Source: Pseudomonadota bacterium
GTDB lineage: Bacteria > Pseudomonadota > Gammaproteobacteria > Steroidobacterales > Woeseiaceae
Direction of reading: 5' to 3'
NCBI GenBank assembly: GCA_022573655.1
Contig: JACZTO010000001.1
Coordinates: 30,169-94,168 of the forward strand
DNA: 64,000 nucleotides
The notes under the pieces: generated by a model
What the model saw: the letters and a program-made list of their open reading frames with translations, nothing else
Told to the model about the DNA's origin: nothing
Databases searched by the model: none
Translations under genes and position numbers: made by a program
In this document: positions 43,595 to 53,504 of the stretch, in pieces
How the letters are laid out: each line of letters starts with the position of its first letter
Numbering within the stretch: the stretch's first letter is position 1

Positions 43595-45418
43595 ATGAAG
43601 CCAACTGATACCTCCAAGCCCGAATATTTTCACAAGGTAGTCGACTGCCAGTGGGGTTGCCCTGCGCACACCGACGTGCCCGCGTACATACGCATGATTG
43701 CCCAGGGGCAATTCAGCGACGCGTACATGGAGAACCGCAAATCCAATGTCTTCCCGGGGATATTGGGTCGGGTTTGTGACCGGCCTTGTGAGCCCGTGTG
43801 TCGCCGTGGCAGGGTCGAAGACAAGCCCGTTGCGATCTGTCGCCTGAAGCGCGTTGCCGCCGACCATCGCGACGACATCACGGATCGATTGCCGCAACCG
43901 CCCGAATCTGACAACGGCAAGAAAGTCGCTTTGATCGGCGCGGGCTGCGCATCGTTGACAGTGGCAAACGACCTGCGCCCTCTTGGTTATGAGGTGACGA
44001 TATTTGAAGCGCTCAAGACGACGGGTGGCTTGATGCGGACGAACATTCCACAGTTTCGGTTGCCACCATCAGTCCTCGACGAAGAAATCGGCTACATACT
44101 CGACATGGGAGTGGATCTGCAACTAAACCACCCGGTTGAGAGCCTCAAGAGTTTGCTGGACGAGGGCTACGACGCCATTTTCGTGGGATCAGGTGCTCCG
44201 CGAGGTAAAAATCTGGTGCTCCCGGGCCGCTATGATTCAGAGCGTATACATATCGGCATCGAATGGCTTGAATCGGTTGCGTTCGAACATATCAAAACGA
44301 TCGGCAAGAATGTCCTGATCATCGGTGTTGGTAATACCGCCATGGATTGTTGCAGGTCTTCCCTGCGGCTGGGCGCGGACGTCGTCAAGGTCATGGCGCG
44401 AAAGCCACGTGGCTTTTTCAAGGCTTCCACGTGGGAGCTTGAAGATGCTGAAGAAGAAAATGTCGAAATCCTTGTAAACCATTCACCAACTGAGTTTGTC
44501 ATCGAAGACGGCAAGCTGGTTGGCATGAAATTCGAACTGATGGAATACAACATCGACGCGGAAGGCGGGATTGATCGCGGCACTGTGACTGACGAGATAG
44601 TCATTTCGTGCGACGACGTCATTCTCGCGATTGGGCAGGACAACGCGTTTCCCTGGGTCGAACATGACATCGGCATCGAATTTGATGAGTGGGATTGTCC
44701 GATCGTTAATGATTCGACCATGATGTGTACGCGCGAGGGTGTGTTTTTTGGTGGCGACTCGGCATTCGGCCCAAAAAATATCATCTGGGCAGTAGAACAT
44801 GCCCACCAGGCGGCAATCTCGATTCACCGTTATTGCCAGAACGAGGATATCGAAGATCGTCTGCCCGACGGGCTGAATCTTGTAAGCCAAAAAATGGGCA
44901 TGCATGAGTGGAGCTTTTCCAACGACTATGATGCCGCGCCACGCCGGCTCATGCCGCACGTTGATCTCAAGGAGCGATTCAAAAAACTCGATATCGAAGT
45001 TGAGCTCGGATTCACACTTGAGCAAACAATTAAGGAAGTGGAACGATGCCTCAATTGCGATATACAAACGGTGTTCTCCGCGAAGCTTTGCATTGAATGT
45101 GACGCCTGCCTTGATATCTGTCCGGTGAATTGTCTTACGATTACGCACAATGGTGATGAACAGGACCTGCGCAGCAGATTATCCGCGCCAGCCGAGAATT
45201 ACGAACAGGCGCTGTATGTGTCTGCGGACTTGCCGCAGACCGGACGAGTCATGGTGAAGGACGAAGATCTCTGTGTGCATTGCAGTCTTTGTGCGGAACG
45301 CTGTCCCACGGGGGCATGGGACATGCAAAAATCGGAGCTTATCCTTGCCTACGCAGGTGACGAGGAAAACGAAGAGCGACTGAAATCGGCCAGTGGCGGG
45401 CGGGCGCATAAAGGGTAA
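43595..45418 (+). CDS. GltD-like NAD(P)H flavoprotein fused to a 2x[4Fe-4S] ferredoxin domain (KorC-like)
   Basis: N-terminal Cys cluster region (CQWGCPAHTDVP..CDRPCEPVC). FAD/NAD folds VALIGAGCASL and VLIIGVGNTAMDC. C-terminal CLNCDIQ..CIECDACLDICP and CVHCSLCAERCP. Confidence 0.8.
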   Translation: MKPTDTSKPEYFHKVVDCQWGCPAHTDVPAYIRMIAQGQFSDAYMENRKSNVFPGILGRVCDRPCEPVCRRGRVEDKPVAICRLKRVAADHRDDITDRLPQPPESDNGKKVALIGAGCASLTVANDLRPLGYEVTIFEALKTTGGLMRTNIPQFRLPPSVLDEEIGYILDMGVDLQLNHPVESLKSLLDEGYDAIFVGSGAPRGKNLVLPGRYDSERIHIGIEWLESVAFEHIKTIGKNVLIIGVGNTAMDCCRSSLRLGADVVKVMARKPRGFFKASTWELEDAEEENVEILVNHSPTEFVIEDGKLVGMKFELMEYNIDAEGGIDRGTVTDEIVISCDDVILAIGQDNAFPWVEHDIGIEFDEWDCPIVNDSTMMCTREGVFFGGDSAFGPKNIIWAVEHAHQAAISIHRYCQNEDIEDRLPDGLNLVSQKMGMHEWSFSNDYDAAPRRLMPHVDLKERFKKLDIEVELGFTLEQTIKEVERCLNCDIQTVFSAKLCIECDACLDICPVNCLTITHNGDEQDLRSRLSAPAENYEQALYVSADLPQTGRVMVKDEDLCVHCSLCAERCPTGAWDMQKSELILAYAGDEENEERLKSASGGRAHKG

Positions 45419-45421
45419 TTT

Positions 45422-47224
45422 GTGGCAACAGTAAATGATGTCGTCATCAAGATTGGCACAGTAAATGGTACGGGTTCAGCCAGCGCGAACGGCCTTTTGA
45501 GAAAGTCGATCTTCCGCATGGGCGTGCCAGTTGTCGGTAAGAACTATTTTCCTTCCAATATTCAGGGATTGCCTACCTGGTATGAAATTCGGGTGACCGG
45601 CGACGGTTACCAGGCGCGATCGAATCGTGTCGACATCATGGTGGCGATGAATGCGCAAACATACGTAAGGGACATGGCCGATATTGCGCCCGGCGGCTGG
45701 CTGATTTATGACTCGACCTGGCCGCGCAGCACCCTGCTGAATCGTGACGATATTACAGTCATCGGTATTCCATTCTCCAAAATGTGCAACGAGCGCTTCA
45801 ACGGAGTGCGCGACCGAATACTGATGAAGAATATTGCATACGTTGGGGCTATTGCAGCGCTGATCGACATTGATATGGACATTATTACGACGCTGCTTGA
45901 GGAAACGTTTGCGACCAAGGCGCACCTGATCGGCTCCAACATGGAAGCCATTCATCTGGGATACGACTACGCTAAAGAGCATGTGTCCTGTCCATTGGCG
46001 ATGCGCGTAGAGGCGATCGATGCAACCGCGGGACATATTGTCATTGATGGCAATACGGCCGCTGGTCTTGGCTGCGTATACGCAGGTGCGACGGTAGGCG
46101 CCTGGTATCCGATCACGCCGTCGACGTCGCTTATGGATGCATTTCGTGATTTCTGCGGCAAGTACCGCATTGACCCCGAAACGGGAAAGCGCACCTATTG
46201 CATCATCCAGGCCGAAGACGAACTTGCCGCAATCGGCATGGTTCTCGGCGCTGCATGGAATGGTGCGCGATCATTCACGTCTACGAGCGGACCTGGAATA
46301 TCTCTAATGAGTGAGTTTCTGGGTTACGGTTACTATGCGGAAATACCGGCAGTCATTTTTAATGTACAGCGTACCGGGCCGTCGACGGGCATGCCGACGC
46401 GGACACAACAATGCGACCTTCTTTGCTGCGCTTACGCCTCGCACGGGGACACGAAGCACGTGTTGTTGTTTCCGGCAAACCCCGGCGAGTGTTTCCACAC
46501 GGCGGTGATGGCCTTCGATTTGGCGGAACGCTTGCAAACCCCGGTGATTGTCATGTCCGATCTTGATATCGGCATGAACGACTGGATGGTTCCGGAGCTT
46601 GAGTGGGATGACAGCTACGTGCCGGATCGCGGCAAAGTGCTCAGCGCGCAAGAGCTTGAGAATATGGAGTCGTTTTACCGTTACCTTGATGTCGACGGTG
46701 ACGGCATTCCGTATCGGACGTTGCCGGGCGTGCACCCAAAGGGTGCGTATTTCACACGCGGCTCCGGTCACACGAAATTCGGCGGTTATACTGAGGATTC
46801 GAACGCCTACAAGGATGGCGTTGACAGGCTGCTGATCAAGTGGGAGACGGCGCGGTCAATCTTGCCGCCACCGGAAATTCGCTACTCCAAATTCAATCGA
46901 ACCGCGTTGCTGACTTTGGGCAGTGGCGATGGCGCGTGCAAAGAGGCTCTGGATCGGCTCCAAAAACAAAATGTGAGTCTCAATTACTGTCGCGTTAAAG
47001 CCTTTCCGTTTAGTGATGAAGTGGGTGAATTTATTGAACAGCACGACATCGTTTACGTGGTTGAACAGAATCGCGACGGACAATTTCGGACGTTGTTGAT
47101 CAACGACATTGAGGCCGATCAGAAAAAACTCATATCGTTGTTGCATTATGATGGTATGCCGATCAACTCCGGCTTTGTTGTCAGCAGGGTACTCGAGGAA
47201 CTCGCCAGAGGGCGTGCAGCCTAG
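45422..47224 (+). CDS. korA: 2-oxoacid:acceptor oxidoreductase alpha subunit
   Basis: 600 aa. N-terminus IKIGTVNGTGSASANGLL and a pyruvate-flavodoxin/ferredoxin oxidoreductase core (ITPSTS, GPSTGMPT). Confidence 0.85.
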   Translation: MATVNDVVIKIGTVNGTGSASANGLLRKSIFRMGVPVVGKNYFPSNIQGLPTWYEIRVTGDGYQARSNRVDIMVAMNAQTYVRDMADIAPGGWLIYDSTWPRSTLLNRDDITVIGIPFSKMCNERFNGVRDRILMKNIAYVGAIAALIDIDMDIITTLLEETFATKAHLIGSNMEAIHLGYDYAKEHVSCPLAMRVEAIDATAGHIVIDGNTAAGLGCVYAGATVGAWYPITPSTSLMDAFRDFCGKYRIDPETGKRTYCIIQAEDELAAIGMVLGAAWNGARSFTSTSGPGISLMSEFLGYGYYAEIPAVIFNVQRTGPSTGMPTRTQQCDLLCCAYASHGDTKHVLLFPANPGECFHTAVMAFDLAERLQTPVIVMSDLDIGMNDWMVPELEWDDSYVPDRGKVLSAQELENMESFYRYLDVDGDGIPYRTLPGVHPKGAYFTRGSGHTKFGGYTEDSNAYKDGVDRLLIKWETARSILPPPEIRYSKFNRTALLTLGSGDGACKEALDRLQKQNVSLNYCRVKAFPFSDEVGEFIEQHDIVYVVEQNRDGQFRTLLINDIEADQKKLISLLHYDGMPINSGFVVSRVLEELARGRAA

Positions 47225-47238
47225 CAGGGAAAGAGATT

Positions 47239-48294
47239 GTGAGTTACATAAGAAAACCGAAAGTTACTCATCCCGGTCTGGCCAGGAACAAACTTGGTCT
47301 GACGGCGCGCGATTATGAAGGTGCGATTTCGACGTTGTGCGCAGGATGCGGTCATGACTCGATTACCGCTGCGATAGTTCGGGCAGTGTTCGAACTGAAT
47401 GTCAAACCACACATGCTGGCGAAAATGAGCGGCATCGGATGTTCGTCGAAAACTCCGGCGTATTTTGTCAGTGAAGCGCACGGGTTTAACTCGGTGCACG
47501 GCCGGATGCCATCAGTAACCACTGGCGCAAATGCTGCAAATCGGGATCTGATGTACATTGGTCTGTCAGGCGACGGTGATTCCTTGTCCATCGGTGTGGG
47601 GCAGTTTGTGCACGCGATCCGCCGTAACCTCAATATGTGCTACATCATCGAGAACAACGGAGTCTACGGACTGACAAAAGGACAGTTTTCGGCAACTGCG
47701 GACATCGGTTCCAAGCCGAAGAAAGGTCAGCCAAACACTCAGGAACCGATCGATCCGGTGAGCATGGCATTGAGTCTTGGTGCGACCTATATCGCGCGCA
47801 GCTTCTCGGGCGACAGGGAACAGCTCGTTCCCTTGATAAAAGCTGCGTTGATTCACCGCGGATTTGCGTTGTTGGATATCATTAGCCCGTGCGTCACGTT
47901 CAATGATCATGAGGGGTCGACCAAGAGCTACGCACATACCCGGCAGTTCTACCATCACGTGGTCGACATGGATTACGTGCCACCTGCCGAGGATATCAAA
48001 GCAGCATACGCAGATGGTGACGTGATGCCGATCAAAATGCATGACGGTAGTACCATACTTCTACGCAAGGTGGACAAGAACTACGATCCAACCAGTCGTG
48101 CATTGTCTTTCAAGTATCTGCGCGAGCGTTTCAATGCGGGCGAAATTACGACTGGACTACTCTATCTCGATGAAGCGCGCCCGGAGATGCACGAACTTAT
48201 GGGGAATGTGGATACTCCGTTGTCACAATTGCCGCTTGACGAGCTGCATCCCGGTAAGGACGAGTTGAAGAAGTTGCAAGACCGATACCGGTAG
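47239..48294 (+). CDS. korB: 2-oxoacid:acceptor oxidoreductase beta subunit (TPP-binding)
   Basis: CAGCGHD and the TPP motif GLSGDGDSLSIGVGQF..ENNGVYGLTKGQ. Confidence 0.85.
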   Translation: MSYIRKPKVTHPGLARNKLGLTARDYEGAISTLCAGCGHDSITAAIVRAVFELNVKPHMLAKMSGIGCSSKTPAYFVSEAHGFNSVHGRMPSVTTGANAANRDLMYIGLSGDGDSLSIGVGQFVHAIRRNLNMCYIIENNGVYGLTKGQFSATADIGSKPKKGQPNTQEPIDPVSMALSLGATYIARSFSGDREQLVPLIKAALIHRGFALLDIISPCVTFNDHEGSTKSYAHTRQFYHHVVDMDYVPPAEDIKAAYADGDVMPIKMHDGSTILLRKVDKNYDPTSRALSFKYLRERFNAGEITTGLLYLDEARPEMHELMGNVDTPLSQLPLDELHPGKDELKKLQDRYR

Positions 48295-48320
48295 CTGCAG
48301 CACGCAGCAGAATTCTCCAG

Positions 48321-49664
48321 CTAGCTCCAGATTCGTTTCCACCAGGGATCTTTTTCTGGCTCGGGCTTAATACCACCCGCGAAGTTAATCTTTTTACGAA
48401 TATCGCTTATGTCCCAGCCCGTGAGGTTTGCCAGAGTCTGCGCTTCGCGCTCCTGGCGATCACGTACTTCGGCTTCATACTGGCTGATGTCGCAGTTCGA
48501 GGCGCTCGTCCACGGGTGACGTATCACGTAGCGTCCCTGGTAGTTTTGGCGGTCGCCAGTCTCCTGGAATACGAGGTCCTCGGGAAAGTGCTCACTGTCA
48601 TAGCGAACGTGCAGGCGCGTGACGAAGACATTCTGTGCAGGCATCGGCGCGATCTTGCTGCCACCCCGACCGTTCTCGCCGATCCAGAACACCCCTAATT
48701 GTTGCAACTCCTGTGCGCTTAAGGGGTCAGCCGCGCAGGGGTCACACCAGGCCATGTCCCAGGCGTACTCAAGGAATACAGCACGTTCGTTCTCAGCCTT
48801 GTTCTGCTTGTCGAACATGGCGCGATAGAATTCAGCAAATTCGTCCTGAACGAATTCAGGTACGTCTGTGTTGCTTGGCAGTTTCACCGTCCTGTAGTTA
48901 GTTGTTTCAACGCGGCCGGTGCGCGTAAGAGCGTACACGTACAAATCCTGCTTACCTTTTGCATTCAGTGTGCCAAGCCGTATCGGCAGCATGAACTTGT
49001 TGCTCTCGTACGCTACCTGCAGCGGGCGAAGATACTGGTAGCCCAATTTCGACTGTGCTTCGATATTGACCCTGGCCACGAAGAAGCGCATGCCCTGTTT
49101 TAGATAACTATCGACGACAGGCTTTGCGCCTTTCGGAATTCGGTAGTCGTTGTCCTCAAGCCAGCGAATAAGGCCGTCGCTCTCCTCGGCCGACAGTATC
49201 AGTATGTCGTATTCGCCGACCGTGTAGCGTGCTTCGATGGTTACGCCCAGCGCACGGCCCGAACGGTTCTCTGCTTCGTTTGATATCGCGCTCGGCCTGT
49301 TCATGTCGAATACGCTGTTTAGCCTTTCGTAGCGCATGCATGGATCCGGGTCGTGATATTCGACGAGCCGCGGTGCTGTATAGGCGTCGAGATGCTGGAC
49401 GATGGCGCGATCGCCAACATGGATTTGCTCGCGTTCGATCATCGTGGGTACCGGGATAACGACCGCGAAGTCCTCGACGTCACCCTCGAAGTCATTCGCC
49501 ATCGTGATAACCGTACGATTATCGTCCCGGACCAAAACGACCTGCGACGCACGATTGAATAAACTCGTGTCCGCTCTTGCAACGTAGAAGCCGCAAAAAG
49601 CCTGGGCGGTCGCGGATAGAATAATGATCATCGCCACGGCGATTACGGTCACTAGGATTCGCAT
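48321..49664 (-). CDS. DUF2330 domain secreted protein
   Basis: The start was chosen at MRILVTVIAVAMIIILSATAQA (AAGGAG upstream). After the signal peptide comes FCGFYVA, as I recall for DUF2330. The listed 551-aa ORF is an N-terminal over-extension. Confidence 0.65.
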   Translation of the reverse strand: MRILVTVIAVAMIIILSATAQAFCGFYVARADTSLFNRASQVVLVRDDNRTVITMANDFEGDVEDFAVVIPVPTMIEREQIHVGDRAIVQHLDAYTAPRLVEYHDPDPCMRYERLNSVFDMNRPSAISNEAENRSGRALGVTIEARYTVGEYDILILSAEESDGLIRWLEDNDYRIPKGAKPVVDSYLKQGMRFFVARVNIEAQSKLGYQYLRPLQVAYESNKFMLPIRLGTLNAKGKQDLYVYALTRTGRVETTNYRTVKLPSNTDVPEFVQDEFAEFYRAMFDKQNKAENERAVFLEYAWDMAWCDPCAADPLSAQELQQLGVFWIGENGRGGSKIAPMPAQNVFVTRLHVRYDSEHFPEDLVFQETGDRQNYQGRYVIRHPWTSASNCDISQYEAEVRDRQEREAQTLANLTGWDISDIRKKINFAGGIKPEPEKDPWWKRIWS

Positions 49665-50509
49665 TGGTAAGCTCCTTTGGTTGAACTGGCTACATGGCCA
49701 GCCGCGTGGTGCCATCGATAAATTCGACCACGTAGCAATGCATCGATAAGCGGTACAAACGGCGCTGACATGATTAGCGCAATGATGGGACCATTGGGTT
49801 GGTAATAAATAAACTGGATGGTGTAGGCGATTCCGGCGACCAGCGCTGCGTACAGGACTCGCCCGACAGCTGTGTTGGGTGTGGTTTTCGGATCGGAAAT
49901 CATGAAAAACGCAAATATCAGCAATGCACCGTTTTGCATCTGGTGTAGCGGAATGCTGAATGGATCGTTTAGCCACAGTGCTCGGCCGAACATCAGCACG
50001 GCGTAAATCGCAATGAAAGCGAGGGTCGTTTCAGCACGTCTCGCACGCGTGAGAACCAGGAATCCGAGGCAAGCCAATCCAAATGCGTTGATGGTTGCGC
50101 TACCCCATTGGCCGGATGAAAACCAGGCTTGGTCACTCAACAGGATGAGTGTGACGAGTGCAAAATTGGCTGGATTGAAAATATGTTTGCCGCGAAATCG
50201 AATAATGAATTTACTGCCGATCGCGATGCATGCGGCGACCACCGCGAGTTGCAATTCATCAGTGCGCAGCAACAGGGTAATGGACAGGGAAGTGATCAGC
50301 GGACTGAGAGGATCGAAACGCGGCAGGCGCGCGCATAACGTGCCGATAAATTGCGTAACCAGCGCCGTGCCCACAATCGCAAGTGCGTTTTGCCAGCGGA
50401 TGCCGAAATCGAGTACTACAATGCTGTAAGCGATTAAAAAGCTCAGGACAATTATCTGGTAATGGCGTGGATCGCCAAGGCGAGGGAGGTGTCGATTCAG
50501 GAATGTCAT
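49652..50509 (-). CDS. RnfD/NqrB-like polytopic membrane protein (short form)
   Basis: 285 aa with about 8 TM segments, plus KHIFNPANFALV and FFMISDPKTTP blocks. Its 3' end overlaps the DUF2330 start by 13 nt. Confidence 0.55.
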   Translation of the reverse strand: MTFLNRHLPRLGDPRHYQIIVLSFLIAYSIVVLDFGIRWQNALAIVGTALVTQFIGTLCARLPRFDPLSPLITSLSITLLLRTDELQLAVVAACIAIGSKFIIRFRGKHIFNPANFALVTLILLSDQAWFSSGQWGSATINAFGLACLGFLVLTRARRAETTLAFIAIYAVLMFGRALWLNDPFSIPLHQMQNGALLIFAFFMISDPKTTPNTAVGRVLYAALVAGIAYTIQFIYYQPNGPIIALIMSAPFVPLIDALLRGRIYRWHHAAGHVASSTKGAYQCES

Positions 50510-50704
50510 GCCAGATATAAACGCCGGGCAAGTAAGAATGGGTTTAGATTTGCGCCATTCTGACGCCGGTGTGACGCGTATGGCCTCTCAAATGGCTATG
50601 ATAATATTAATAAAAACAATAGCTTATGTTCTTGCATCCAAAACCGTCGCGGGGTGCATCTGATGGGTGAAAGCACAACTAATTTATGAAATGGAGTAAG
50701 AAAA

Positions 50705-51064
50705 GTGGATGAACAAATGATTCCAATCGTAATGTTCGCGGGTCTGACGATCGTATTCTGCGTTTTTTTCTGGTTTCGATACCGGGCGCGTAGCGAGATG
50801 CAACAGACTTTTCGTGCTGCGCTGGACAAGGGACAAGAGCTGACGCCGGAAATAATCGACCGTTTGGGACATCCGCAGGCCAGCAAGGATAAGGATATGC
50901 GCTTGGGCGTAATCTGGCTTGCAATCGGTGTCGGAATATTCGCATTTGGCTTTGGTATCCCGGATAAAGACGATGTCTGGCGGATATTCGCAGGAATCGC
51001 AGCGTTTCCGTTTGCTATAGGTATCGCGTACATGATTCTGCACAAGTTTGCCGATCGCGATTAG
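50705..51064 (+). CDS. small membrane protein (DUF6249-like) preceding an ECF sigma gene
   Basis: 119 aa with three TM segments. The family name is from memory. Confidence 0.5.
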   Translation: MDEQMIPIVMFAGLTIVFCVFFWFRYRARSEMQQTFRAALDKGQELTPEIIDRLGHPQASKDKDMRLGVIWLAIGVGIFAFGFGIPDKDDVWRIFAGIAAFPFAIGIAYMILHKFADRD

Positions 51065-51081
51065 AGCCTGGAAGCGCGTCG

Positions 51082-51633
51082 GTGTCATTCGGTGAAGACC
51101 ACGAACTCATCGCGAGAGTTGTGTCCGCTCAGGACACCGCTGCTTTCGGTGAGTTGGTACGCCGCCACCAGTCGCAGGTTCGCAACTTCCTGCGCAAGCT
51201 GGCTGGCGACGTGACTCTCGCCGACGATCTCGCCCAGGACTGTTTCATACATGCCTGGGACAAGTTGCAGACGTTTTCCGGTCGCGGCACATTTATTGGC
51301 TGGCTATTGAAAGTTGCGTATACGACATTTTTGCAATCGCGTCGAAAGTCGAAACGATATGCGGAAATACTGCAAGAAGCCGGCACTGTTGCCGACCTGG
51401 AGTCGCGCAATTACACGGTGCAAAGCGACGAAGTGACGGATCTGGACAGGTTTCTCGCGGTATTGTCGGAAGAGGAGCGGGCAATCATGGTTATGTCGTA
51501 CGCGTGTGGTCTGTCGCATCGGGAGATCAGCGACGCGACATCGATGCCGGTAGGTACAGTGAAATCTGTGATATTTCGTGGTAAACAGAAGATCAGGAAG
51601 AGTTTTGACATCAAAGATCATCAACATGGCTGA
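51082..51633 (+). CDS. ECF RNA polymerase sigma factor
   Basis: Region 2 FGELVRRHQSQVRNFLRKL..ADDLAQDCFIHAW and region 4 LSEEERAIMVMSYACGLSHREISD. GTG start. Confidence 0.85.
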   Translation: MSFGEDHELIARVVSAQDTAAFGELVRRHQSQVRNFLRKLAGDVTLADDLAQDCFIHAWDKLQTFSGRGTFIGWLLKVAYTTFLQSRRKSKRYAEILQEAGTVADLESRNYTVQSDEVTDLDRFLAVLSEEERAIMVMSYACGLSHREISDATSMPVGTVKSVIFRGKQKIRKSFDIKDHQHG

Positions 51634-51964
51634 GAGAATCAAAGACGCAGAGGATCGGCTGCTTGAGTCGATGTTTGAGTCCGTACCTGTGGCTGACGAT
51701 GGTTTCAGTATCAGCGTTGTCAGAAAGCTAAGGCGTCGTCTGTGGCTCAGGCGCCTGACATTGCCGATTGCGGCTGCTGTCGGTGCGCTATTCGCCGTCA
51801 AGCCGCTGGCCGGCCTGGTCACCACGCTTGCGGGCTTATCCGTACTTGTTCCACAGAATATAGTCAGCGCGACATCGAACCTGATTCCGCAGGCACAGAC
51901 CATTGCCCTTGGGGCTGTGTTGCTGGCTGTTTGTCTCCTGGGACTGCGTGCACTCGAAGAATAG
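51626..51964 (+). CDS. putative membrane anti-sigma factor
   Basis: It overlaps the sigma gene's 3' end by 8 nt. It is a short protein with TM segments. The function is inferred from context only. Confidence 0.45.
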   Translation: MAERIKDAEDRLLESMFESVPVADDGFSISVVRKLRRRLWLRRLTLPIAAAVGALFAVKPLAGLVTTLAGLSVLVPQNIVSATSNLIPQAQTIALGAVLLAVCLLGLRALEE

Positions 51965-52018
51965 GGCTCACGAATAATTGCCGTTGTCTTGCCGGGAGCG
52001 CTCGGTTACATTGCTGCA

Positions 52019-52225
52019 ATGACTCTTCGCGACCAAGTCGAATCCTTACTGCCCGAATGGGAACGCTGGTATCCGAGTCTTTTTGATGCCGCCAGTGACT
52101 TGGGGATAATCATTCCTGAAGTCTGCGATCCCAATTCATTGTTGCTGACACACAGGCACGCGAAGGTCAGGCAGCGCGCCGAAGACGCACATCGCGAAAT
52201 GTGGGGCGGCAAGGCGCAGGACTAA
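52019..52225 (+). CDS. small hypothetical protein (68 aa)
   Basis: An ORF ending 3 nt before the aminotransferase start. No motif recognised. Confidence 0.25.
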   Translation: MTLRDQVESLLPEWERWYPSLFDAASDLGIIIPEVCDPNSLLLTHRHAKVRQRAEDAHREMWGGKAQD

Positions 52226-52228
52226 GCG

Positions 52229-53500
52229 ATGAACTTCGATTTGCAGGCTATTCGGTCGCAGTTTCCAGCGCTGGCGATCACCGACAACGGTACGCGCCGA
52301 ATTTACTTCGATAATCCGGGTGGAACGCAGGTTCCGGTCTGTGTCGCCGAGGCAATTACCGATTGCCTGTTGACGAAAAACTCTAATCTCGGCGCTTTTT
52401 TTGCGTCATCGTCAGACGCCGATGTGGTGGTGCAATCTGCACGAGAGGCGATGGCGGATTTTCTCAATGCTCCGTCGGCCGAGGAAATAATTTTCGGTCA
52501 GAACATGACCACGATAACGCTGCATTTATCGCGATCGATCGGTCGACTGTTGCGTACTGGCGACGAAATCATACTGACACAAATGGACCACGACGCGAAC
52601 GTCTGGCCCTGGGTATTGCTTGCTCGTGATCTCGATCTCAAGATTCGCTGGCTACCGTTCAACACGGATTCATTCGAGTTTGATTTGGACGACCTGGACA
52701 ATTTACTCACAGATCGTACCCGGCTGGTGTGCGTCGGAGCGGCCAGCAATTTGACTGGCACGATCAATGATGTGACGGCAATTTGCGCCAGGGCTCGGGA
52801 GGCCGGGGTATTGACCTATATTGACGGCGTGCAGGCAGCGCCGCACGTTCCGATCGATGTACAAGAAATCGGTTGTGACTTTTACGTCTGTTCTGCGTAT
52901 AAGTTTTTCGGGCCACACCAGGGCATTCTGTGGGGGCGCCGCGAGGTGCTGGAGCAACTGGAGCCATACAAAGTTCGACCGGCGCCTGCTGAGCTGCCGT
53001 GGTGTTTCGAAACCGGCACACAAAGCCACGAAGGTATTGCCGGCATAGCAGCGACCGTGGACTACTTTGCGTCTATCGGACGCTCGATGGCCCAGGATCA
53101 TGCAGGTAGCTGGTCACATTTTTCTGGAAGGCGGCAGCATGTACATGCCGCGATGGACTTATTATTTAACTACGAGAAATCACTGGCGATTCATTTGATC
53201 GAAGGATTGGTCGGTATCGATGGCATTAACATTCAGGGCATTGCCGCAGCTGATGCTATGTATCGTCGTGTGCCGTCGGTTTCGTTTACGCACAAGAATG
53301 TGCCACCGGATGTAATCGCTGCGGCACTGGCAAAGCAGAATATTTTTGTGTGGAGCGGCCACAACTACGCAGTCGAAGTAGCGAAAACGCTAGGCATATA
53401 TGATAGCGGCGGAGTCGTTCGAATCGGGCCGGTGCATTACAACAGCGTCGCCGAAATCGATGAATTTCTGCTGACGCTGGTACCAATACTCCGCGCCTGA
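52229..53500 (+). CDS. class V aminotransferase (cysteine desulfurase / selenocysteine lyase-like)
   Basis: IYFDNPGGTQVP N-terminus, HDANVWPW and SAYKFFGPH (PLP-Lys context). Length is 423 aa. Confidence 0.8.
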   Translation: MNFDLQAIRSQFPALAITDNGTRRIYFDNPGGTQVPVCVAEAITDCLLTKNSNLGAFFASSSDADVVVQSAREAMADFLNAPSAEEIIFGQNMTTITLHLSRSIGRLLRTGDEIILTQMDHDANVWPWVLLARDLDLKIRWLPFNTDSFEFDLDDLDNLLTDRTRLVCVGAASNLTGTINDVTAICARAREAGVLTYIDGVQAAPHVPIDVQEIGCDFYVCSAYKFFGPHQGILWGRREVLEQLEPYKVRPAPAELPWCFETGTQSHEGIAGIAATVDYFASIGRSMAQDHAGSWSHFSGRRQHVHAAMDLLFNYEKSLAIHLIEGLVGIDGINIQGIAAADAMYRRVPSVSFTHKNVPPDVIAAALAKQNIFVWSGHNYAVEVAKTLGIYDSGGVVRIGPVHYNSVAEIDEFLLTLVPILRA

Positions 53501-53504
53501 TATG

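Noticed and set aside
48321-49976. N-terminal over-extensions in the ORF track: 48321-49976, 55088-56221, 62447-63718, 6086-7333, 40497-42101, 21938-22399, 26037-26408, 26291-26821, 51578-51964.
   Set aside because: The extensions overlap upstream genes, have junk-like composition, and contain internal starts with good RBS and signal or lipoprotein sequences. Shorter gene models were adopted.
50600-50618. AT-rich Fur-box-like sequence GATAATATTAATAAAAACA in the divergent region between the RnfD-like gene and the ECF unit.
   Set aside because: Only about 11 of 19 positions match the GATAATGATAATCATTATC consensus. This could simply be AT-rich promoter DNA.
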